Part shown: piece after piece, positions 48,738 to 56,900 of the stretch
How the letters are laid out: each line of letters opens with the position of its first letter
How positions within the stretch are numbered: the first letter of the stretch is position 1
Virus record (IMG/VR): IMGVR_UViG_3300020439_001360
Coordinates: 4,034-68,033 of that record
Reading direction: 5' to 3' (one strand)
Source of the DNA: a virus
Length of the DNA: 64,000 bases
Position numbers and translations under genes: made by a program
The notes under the pieces: model-generated
Databases searched by the model: none
What the model was told of the DNA's origin: nothing
The model's input: the letters and a program-made list of their open reading frames with translations, nothing else

Positions 48738-50420
48738 ATGAACATTCTTGCAATCGCCCGTGGTCATAACGGGAGCACTACTTTGCTGGTTGACGGTAAG
48801 GTAGTATTCTATCTAGAGGAAGAACGCCTCTCTAGATTTAAGTATGATGGTTCCCCTCTGTTGGGAATTGCAAAGGCGTTTGAGTATGTCGATCACATTG
48901 ACCATCTGGTTGTGTGTCATACTCACCGCCACGGTCCTGTACTGGACTGGTCTGGTGAAGATGCATACCAGGGTTGGGTAAGAAAACTTGCCAGGAAGAA
49001 GTTTGAGTTTGAAACTCACTTCATCGACATCAACCACCATGAGATGCATGCTGCATGTGGATTCTATAACTCTGGTTTTGAATCTGCTGCATGTGTTATT
49101 GCTGATGGTGCTGGTAGTTTCTTACAGATCGAACAAGTGGGAGATGTATCCTACGAATTTGAAACTATCTTCAACGCATCTTACCCTGGTGAGTTTGATA
49201 CTGTATTCAAACACATTGGTTCTAAAGCAGCTATTGGTTGTAATGAACCAGAACCAGGTATCTGGATCACAGAGTATCCTGGTCACACCAAGATGTATGA
49301 AGCAGTAACTCAATACTGTGGATTCCCAGCAATTGAAGCTGGCAAACTTATGGGTCTTGCTCCATACGGTAAACCCAACGAAGATTTGCCAGACTTCTTC
49401 AGAGATGGTTGGGGTAACAGGGACTTAATTATTCCCACGTATCCTAATGCTGCTCAAATTAACATTGGTCGTTATGATATTCTCAAGAAGGATTATGACA
49501 ACCACGTAGAGGGTGAGTATACCGATATTCAAAAGGATCTTGCATATAAGATTCAGGAACAAACTTCCGACCGTATGGTTCAGTTGATTCGCAAAGCACA
49601 CGAGTTGACTGGTGAAAAGAACATTGTAATTTGTGGTGGTTATGGTCTCAACTGCGTTGCAAACTACAAGTATTGGAAAGAGTTCCCTGACCTCAACATT
49701 TACTGCGAACCTATTTCGCACGATGGTGGTACTTCTATTGGTGGTGCTAAATATGTCTACCACAAAGTAAAAGAAACCGCAAAACCACAGAAACAGGAGT
49801 CTGTTTACTATGGTCCTCAATATGATCCTACTGGTTACGAGGCAGATCTAGAAGGTCTAGAAACTACCGACACTTCATATGATGATGTTGCTAAACTGAT
49901 TCGTGAAGGTAACATCGTAACCATCTATCAGGGTCGTTCTGAAGGTGGTCCACGAGCACTTGGCAACAGATCTATTCTGTTTGATCCTACTATCAAAGAT
50001 GGTAAAGATCATGTCAATGCAGTTAAGCGTCGTGAATGGTTCCGTCCATTTGCATGCTCCATCAAGAAAGATAAAGTCAGTGACTGGTTTGACTTGGCAG
50101 GTCGTGATGAGACCCCTCACATGATGTATGCGGTCAAGTGTCATGACGGAGTGGAAGAGAAGATTCCTTCGGTTATTCATGTGGATAATACATGTCGTAT
50201 CCAAACTGTAACCCAAGAGCAAAATGAACACTACTACAAACTCATTGATGCATTCGATAAGATTACTGGTGTCCCTATTTTGTTTAACACTTCTTTTAAT
50301 CTTGGTGGAGACCCGTTGGTCGAGACAATCGAAGATGCAGTCCTCACTCTAAAGAAGAGTGATATTGAATGGATGTATCTGCCAGAGATTCAGAAACTTG
50401 TTCATGTTCCTAACGAATGA
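48738..50420 (+). CDS. O-carbamoyltransferase (NodU/CmcH/TobZ family)
   Basis: EEERLSR.K, HH..HA, DG.G, GKLMGLAPYG, GG..LNCVAN, GPRALGNRS, KRREWFRPFA, HVD.T.RIQTV, NTSFN. Confidence 0.93.
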   Translation: MNILAIARGHNGSTTLLVDGKVVFYLEEERLSRFKYDGSPLLGIAKAFEYVDHIDHLVVCHTHRHGPVLDWSGEDAYQGWVRKLARKKFEFETHFIDINHHEMHAACGFYNSGFESAACVIADGAGSFLQIEQVGDVSYEFETIFNASYPGEFDTVFKHIGSKAAIGCNEPEPGIWITEYPGHTKMYEAVTQYCGFPAIEAGKLMGLAPYGKPNEDLPDFFRDGWGNRDLIIPTYPNAAQINIGRYDILKKDYDNHVEGEYTDIQKDLAYKIQEQTSDRMVQLIRKAHELTGEKNIVICGGYGLNCVANYKYWKEFPDLNIYCEPISHDGGTSIGGAKYVYHKVKETAKPQKQESVYYGPQYDPTGYEADLEGLETTDTSYDDVAKLIREGNIVTIYQGRSEGGPRALGNRSILFDPTIKDGKDHVNAVKRREWFRPFACSIKKDKVSDWFDLAGRDETPHMMYAVKCHDGVEEKIPSVIHVDNTCRIQTVTQEQNEHYYKLIDAFDKITGVPILFNTSFNLGGDPLVETIEDAVLTLKKSDIEWMYLPEIQKLVHVPNE

Positions 50421-50815
50421 AAATCTCTTTTGTAAATGGATGTTTTGATGTGCTCCACCCTGGACACATCAAACTCCTAGAATACGCTAGGTCTTTTGGA
50501 GACTATCTCATTGTTGCTATTGATTCCGACAGGAAGGTAGCAGAAATGAAAGGTCCCGAGAGACCTATTTTTTCGCAATCCGATAGATCATTGATGTTAT
50601 CATCCATCAGGTATGTTGATGTCGTTCATATATTTGACACCAAGACCGAGCTAGAGGAGTTGCTGGAATCGATCAAACCTGATACAATGGTAGTCGGTTC
50701 CGACTGGAAAGGAAAAGAAGTAGTAGGTTCACGCTATGCAAAATCAGTTCGGTTTTTTGATCGACAAGGAGACTACTCCACCACGCAAACAATTCAAGGT
50801 ACTCCTTATCGGTGA
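50417..50815 (+). CDS. rfaE2: Heptose-1-phosphate nucleotidyltransferase-like (HldC / RfaE domain II)
   Basis: NGCFDVLHPGH, KGPERPI, KPD..V.GSDW, YSTT. Confidence 0.85.
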   Translation: MKISFVNGCFDVLHPGHIKLLEYARSFGDYLIVAIDSDRKVAEMKGPERPIFSQSDRSLMLSSIRYVDVVHIFDTKTELEELLESIKPDTMVVGSDWKGKEVVGSRYAKSVRFFDRQGDYSTTQTIQGTPYR

Positions 50816-51521
50816 CACCTGTACTGACAGATATGTCTATGGCAGAGTCACTAGGATTAGTCCAGAAGCGCCTGTACCAGTCATGGTTTATGACAGGGTA
50901 GAAGATGCCAAGGGTATGGCATGGAACGTCAGAGAGAATCTGCTGTCCTTTGAGGACGATGTTTACATGATGACTCATGAAGCAAAGATTACCAAGACTC
51001 GATATGTAGACTCCAAGTCTAACCAACAGATCATGCGGTTAGATGAGAACGATCAAGCTGAAGATTTTGGATGGGATCTACCTACAGAAAAGTTTGATGC
51101 TATGGTCATCTCTGACTATAACAAAGGATTCCTTTCCAAAGAGAAGATTCAAGAACTGGTAGATTGGTTTGATGGTCCTGTCTTTATAGACAGCAAGAAA
51201 ACTGTTCTCCCGACTAATTGCTTTATTAAGATCAATGATCGAGAAGCACAAGAATTAGAAGGAGAATACCCCAATCTAATTGTCACCAAAGGTTCTGAAG
51301 GTTGTACTTACGATGGCAGAACTTTTCCTGGTATTAAGGTGCCAGTGTTTGATGTAGCAGGTGCTGGTGATACGTTCCTAGCAGCTTTGGTACATTTCTA
51401 TCTGTTGCTTGGTACAATTGATCGTGCTATTCCTTATGCAAATAAAGCAGCAGCAATTGCCGTTACACACTTCGGCACTTATGTTCTATCCAAAGATGAT
51501 GTAAATAATATACGTATTTGA
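50736..51521 (+). CDS. rfaE1: PfkB-family heptose-7-phosphate kinase-like (HldA / RfaE domain I); start uncertain
   Basis: KVLLIGD...D.YVYG.V.RISPEAPVPV, ISDYNKG, VFDVAGAGDTF. Confidence 0.88.
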   Translation: MQNQFGFLIDKETTPPRKQFKVLLIGDTCTDRYVYGRVTRISPEAPVPVMVYDRVEDAKGMAWNVRENLLSFEDDVYMMTHEAKITKTRYVDSKSNQQIMRLDENDQAEDFGWDLPTEKFDAMVISDYNKGFLSKEKIQELVDWFDGPVFIDSKKTVLPTNCFIKINDREAQELEGEYPNLIVTKGSEGCTYDGRTFPGIKVPVFDVAGAGDTFLAALVHFYLLLGTIDRAIPYANKAAAIAVTHFGTYVLSKDDVNNIRI

Positions 51522-51534
51522 TAGGGAGTTAATT

Positions 51535-51888
51535 ATGGCAGATTTAGTCAAGCATGTACCAAAAGGTTGGGGATATGAAAAGTGGATTGTCAATAACGAA
51601 AAGTATTGTGGAAAACTTCTCTTTTTTGAGGCGGGTAAGAAGTGCTCTTGGCATTATCACAAACTAAAGCACGAAACTTTCTATTTACATTCAGGTAAAA
51701 TCTATCTTTACTATGGATTTGAAGATGATTTTTACACAGCTGACCGCACAATATTAACCCCTGGAATTCCTTTCGAGATTCCCAGGGGCATGAGGCATCA
51801 AATGATTGCTTTGGAAGATTCAGAATTATATGAGTTCTCTACGACACACTTTGAGTCTGACTCTTATCGAGTAATGAAAGGTGACTGA
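51535..51888 (+). CDS. Cupin-fold sugar isomerase-like protein
   Basis: VPKGWG.E.WI, CSWHYHKLKHETFY, IPRG.RH, EFST. Confidence 0.8.
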   Translation: MADLVKHVPKGWGYEKWIVNNEKYCGKLLFFEAGKKCSWHYHKLKHETFYLHSGKIYLYYGFEDDFYTADRTILTPGIPFEIPRGMRHQMIALEDSELYEFSTTHFESDSYRVMKGD

Positions 51889-52663
51889 TGTATGTCTCGA
51901 TTGAGACAAATTCTTTTTGATCCCACTTAAAATTAGAAAAAGTATTATATTGATACTTGTCTTTCAGATGTTCGGGGAAGGGGATCTCTTTGATCTCCGC
52001 CCCGAATTTTTCTGCAATGATTTCTGCTACCTGTCTGAAAGAATAGACATGACCAGATCCTAGATCGTAGATACCAGATCCAGCACCGTTGTTGTCTACA
52101 ATATCTACAACATCATCCACCCAGATAAAGTCTCTCTTACAATTTTCAGATCCCTCAAAGATTTCAATCACACCATTCTGTACTGCTTGCTCTGCAAACT
52201 TACTTACGGGACTACGTTGATTACCTTTGTGTTCTTCGCCTAGACCATATACATTGAAGAATCTAAATCCTTGAATGAAGTCAAACCTTTCAATATTTTC
52301 AGACACCCATAGATCTACAGCAACCTTTGACTTTGCATAGAGGTTGAGGGGGTCTAGTCCACCATCAGTTCTGTTACCATACACAGAAGCAGAAGATGCA
52401 TACTTGACTGGGATACCATATTCTAGTGCTTTCTCGAATAGTTCTATGGAAAACTCTACGTTAAAACAAGTAAGTTTTTCCTCATCGGTACAGGTAGTAG
52501 AAGAGATTGCGCCCATGTGGATAATCTCATCAATGTCTTTCCACCCTTTAAAGTTCTCAAGCATTGCCCATGCATTGTAATCTTCTACGCCAATGAATGG
52601 TTGGTGTTTTTCTGCAAACTTCTTTCCAATGAATCCATTGCATCCCGTAATCAGTTTAGGCAT
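51839..52663 (-). CDS. hldD: ADP-L-glycero-D-manno-heptose 6-epimerase-like NAD-dependent epimerase
   Basis: ITGCNGFIG, HMGAISSTT, YASSASVYG, PLNLYAKSK, RFFNVYG..E.HK, RDFIWVDD; start taken at MPKLITG. Confidence 0.88.
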   Translation of the reverse strand: MPKLITGCNGFIGKKFAEKHQPFIGVEDYNAWAMLENFKGWKDIDEIIHMGAISSTTCTDEEKLTCFNVEFSIELFEKALEYGIPVKYASSASVYGNRTDGGLDPLNLYAKSKVAVDLWVSENIERFDFIQGFRFFNVYGLGEEHKGNQRSPVSKFAEQAVQNGVIEIFEGSENCKRDFIWVDDVVDIVDNNGAGSGIYDLGSGHVYSFRQVAEIIAEKFGAEIKEIPFPEHLKDKYQYNTFSNFKWDQKEFVSIETYISHLSLLDKSQTQSVS

Positions 52664-52678
52664 CGTATTGTAGAGCAG

Positions 52679-52686
52679 TATAAATA
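52679..52686 (+). promoter_or_regulatory. T4-type late promoter
   Basis: TATAAATA upstream of the ORF at 52720. Confidence 0.78.
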
Positions 52687-52719
52687 AGTATAACACAGAA
52701 GGACTATAGCGACAACAAG

Positions 52720-53895
52720 ATGTCTAATCCCACTTTTGGATATTTAGCGTCTCTCGTTTCACCTAAAAAAACTAGAGTCGCACTACATACTGCCCCAACA
52801 GGCAAAGTTGTAGAGGGTAAAATTTCGATTACACATAAAGATCCTTATCCAGTACGGGTTAGAATCGGTGTTTCTAGCGGAGGTCTACTAGACTTCAACC
52901 CTGAAAACTATATCTTATTTGATTATGAGATTGGCGAAGGTCAGAGTTATGAAAGTGACACCATCTATTATGGTGGCGACCAATCTCTAATTGTATGGTC
53001 AACCTGCGAGAGCACATCATTTGTTCTCCACGGTCAGATTCAAGATGACCCAACTGCTACTGGATTCGTTGCAGCAGCTCTACCAACACCAAAACAAAAC
53101 ACAGCAATTTACACAGTTCCTGATGGCGAAGAGGCACTGATCAGTTTGTTTGTTGCAAACCAAGGACCATCACCTGCTAGATTTAGAGTAGCAATTAGTG
53201 ATGAAGGTGCTGGTACTACAATCACTTCTGATCAATATCTAGAATACAATAGAGACATTGTTCCTAGAACTTCTTATCAAAGAACTAACTTAAAAATTCG
53301 TGGTGGACAATCAGTAGTTGTATTCACAGATACTGCTGATGTATCTTTCTCTGTTTATGCAAAGTTCAACTACTCTGTAATCTCCACAGACTTCTCTGTT
53401 GGTGGTGCATTTGATGTAGGTGGCACATCTCTCTTAAGAGGTGAACTTACTGTCACTGCAGATACTGTGATCGGAACCGAGTCTACTCCACAGTCACTCA
53501 AAGTTGCTAATGTAGACACTGCAGACATTGATCTATATGGTAATCTAACAGTTTATGGTGATGATCTTCCTTGGACAGGTACTACGGGTACACCAACAGT
53601 AAAACTTTCAATTTCACAAGATACTGGTAATCTTTCGACCAGTGGTAGTATCTCCACAAGCAGTTTAGCAACTAGTGGAGACATCATTGCTGGATCAAAC
53701 AAAGTTACATTAAATGGAACCACTGGAGACGTTACCGTAACAGGAGTTTTGGATCCTCAAGGTGGATTCCTAGGTGATTTGAATCTTCTAAATAATAAAG
53801 TAACGAACTTGGCAGATCCTGCTGCCGCAACGGACGCTGCAAACCGCAAGTACGTTGATAGTAAGGTTGTAGCATTCTCTATCGCACTAGGATAA
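52720..53895 (+). CDS. Virion structural / fibre protein
   Basis: Two copies of the domain seen in 43216-43536; C-terminal KVTNLADP...TDAANRKYVD fibre motif. Confidence 0.72.
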   Translation: MSNPTFGYLASLVSPKKTRVALHTAPTGKVVEGKISITHKDPYPVRVRIGVSSGGLLDFNPENYILFDYEIGEGQSYESDTIYYGGDQSLIVWSTCESTSFVLHGQIQDDPTATGFVAAALPTPKQNTAIYTVPDGEEALISLFVANQGPSPARFRVAISDEGAGTTITSDQYLEYNRDIVPRTSYQRTNLKIRGGQSVVVFTDTADVSFSVYAKFNYSVISTDFSVGGAFDVGGTSLLRGELTVTADTVIGTESTPQSLKVANVDTADIDLYGNLTVYGDDLPWTGTTGTPTVKLSISQDTGNLSTSGSISTSSLATSGDIIAGSNKVTLNGTTGDVTVTGVLDPQGGFLGDLNLLNNKVTNLADPAAATDAANRKYVDSKVVAFSIALG

Positions 53896-53909
53896 TAACG
53901 GAGTTATAA

Positions 53910-56900
53910 ATGGCAAAACGACAAATTAGAGACTATGTATTCTCCCCAGGTATCGCTGGTGTCGGTACTCTTAAGATCCTGGATAAGGTAGATGTTGATC
54001 AGATTCTGATCATCACTAATGCTACCAGCAACCAATTTTTATACAACTTTAGTGATCCGTCTTTACCGATCTCGGTGGAATTCACATCAACGTCAGACGG
54101 ATCTGACCCAGACTTCCCATACAGTAACACGTTGTCAAATGGTGTGACCACCATTACTTTCCTGTATGATACTTCTGCACAGTTTGCTACTGACAAGATC
54201 CTAATCTTTGTAGAAGCAGAAGAGCAAAGAACTAGACCATACGATTTCGGTACTGATGCTATCGAACGTATGAGGTTTGCAGAACCTCAATCGATGCTTG
54301 ACGCTGACTTTGAGTATGGTATCCAACCAACCAAGTGGCAGTCTCTTGACCTGCTTCGTGGTTATCCTTCTATCTACGAAGTTCCTGGATCTGACATTGG
54401 TCTCGTTGCTGTTACAACCGACGCATCTGCTGGATCAGGCGCTATTGGTCCATCAAAAATTACTGTTGATACAGTCCTAGACCACGGTCTAGATGTTGGA
54501 GATCCAATTTCTATTAAAGGTCTAGATGACGCTGTTTCTGGTTTCGCAAAAGCAGAAGGTTCGTTTATTATCGACTCTGTTCCCAGCACAACACAGTTTA
54601 CTTACTATGCTAAAGCAAAAGTAGGAACAACTCCTGCTACAGCACTGCTATCTTCATTCACTGTATTGAAGCAAGCAGGTTTCTATACTGGTGCTGCAAT
54701 TGGTACTAACCCTGTATTCAGCGTAGTAACTAATGGTGCTTCTGGTAGTTTCCAAACAAGAGGATCTAACCCACAAGGAACGACAAGACTTGGTGTACAA
54801 CCAGGATCTACTCTACCTCCCATTGGCGCTCCTCTATCTGGTATCGGCGTTCCAACAGGTACACAGGTAACTTCTGTTATCAGCACAAATACTACACTAA
54901 ACATTACTGACTCTTTCACTGCTCCAGTGTCGGAGATCACATTCAACGATACTGCTGCTATTGAAGTAGGTTCTGCTCTGGACGATGGTAGTGGTAATGC
55001 TATCTTCGTTACTAACATTTCTGGAAATGTTGTAACTCTATCTTCACCATATCAAATCGATAAGACTGGTAACAGCTTCGTTTCTCAACCAACAGCAGCA
55101 ACTCCAGTCAACTTTGGTCAAGGTGTTGGAGCACAGTTCGATATCACCCGAGAGAATGGTGTCTATTCTACGGTTGTTATCAACACTCAAAATTATTACA
55201 ACAATGTAAGTGGAGCATACTCTGGTCAGTTGGGTAGTGGTGCTGCATTTGTCGTAGAAAGAACTGGTGGTGCAACACCATCTTATGTAAATGTCTTTAC
55301 CGTACAATCAGGAACCGATTATTCACCAACAGAAACTATCACTATTTCTGGTACTGATCTGGGTGGTGATGCTAGCACAAATGATCTAACTATTACTATT
55401 GATACGGTTGGTGTCAATGGAGAAATTACTGGATTGAGTTTTGCTGGTGTTGCTAGTAACAAACTGAATGCAGCTGGTACAGGATACAGTCAAGGTGAAG
55501 ACTTGGTTGTATATGGTAATGCACTCGGTGGTACTTCTCCACTGAATGATATGGTTATCTCCATTACTTCAGTTGGTGTTGATGGAGAAATCCTAGGATT
55601 CAACGTTACTGGTTTTGGTGTACCATCAACATCATTCTATTCTGGTATCGAACAGAACGCTACTTCTGGTTCTGGTATTAACGCTGGTTTCAATATCGAA
55701 AGAGTTGGTACTGGATCGGCAACTGCACAGGTAGATGACGTTGTTATCGGTGGCAGCATCGAAGCAGATGATACCTTCAGAATTACTATTGATGGAACTA
55801 ACGATTATAGTTATACAGCACAGACAGGAGACACCATTGTCGCAGTTAGAAATGGTCTGATTGCTGCTATCAATGATCCTGATACAGGATCCACAACTGT
55901 ACAGGCAACTACTGGTGCTACAAGCGACACGTTAGATATCACTGCACTGAATCCTGGTACGGCATTTACGATTGCTGTACTGACAGAAGATCAAGGTGGT
56001 AATCCTGCGGACACGCAGACAATGACTACCAATAACGTCATTCCAAACAACACCAGCACTTCTACACCAGCATACAATGTCGTCATTTCTAACCCTGGTC
56101 AATCATATGCTAACTCTGACACCATTACAATTAATGGAGAACAACTAGGTGGATCTACTGGTGTTAATGACCTAACTATTACAGTACAAACTGTTAATGC
56201 ACAGGGCGGCATTACTGGCATCACTATTGCTGGTACTCCATGGGATGGTAACCAGACATTCCTGAATATGAATCCAAACCCAGTTGCATTCAACGCAACC
56301 TTTATTCCTAGAATTTCTAGCGGTAACTACACTCCAGAAATTTCTAACGCTGGTGAAGGTTACAAATTGGGTTATCAGTTTGTTATCCCAGGCACATCTC
56401 TGGGTGGTACGTCACCAACTAACGACATGACAATTACTGTCGATGACGTTGATGCTACTGGCGCAATTCAATTAGCAAGTGCTACTGGTACTCCTGTTAG
56501 TGGTGATACCATTGCATTCTTCCCCGCAGTTTCTCTGTCTGCAGCAACCACCAATATCATTGGCGCAAACGCTACAGTAACATACTCTGCTATTGCAAAA
56601 ATTAATGTCCAGTTTACATCAAACCATGGTCTGGTCCCTGGAGATACTGTTCTGACATCTATCACATCTAATGGTAGTGGTCATGATTTAGCATCTGGTC
56701 CATTCTTTGTTGATGAAGTACCTGGTCTAGATAACTTCACATTCACCGCAAGATCGACTGGTAACGTCTCTAGTGGCATCACTGGTGTTGTATATCCAAG
56801 AACCGACTCTTTCTATACACACAGACCATTTGATGGTGGTGTTCAGTTGGGTACAGGTTCTCCTGCTCACGGCGCACAGGCAGTTCGTCAATCCAAGAAG

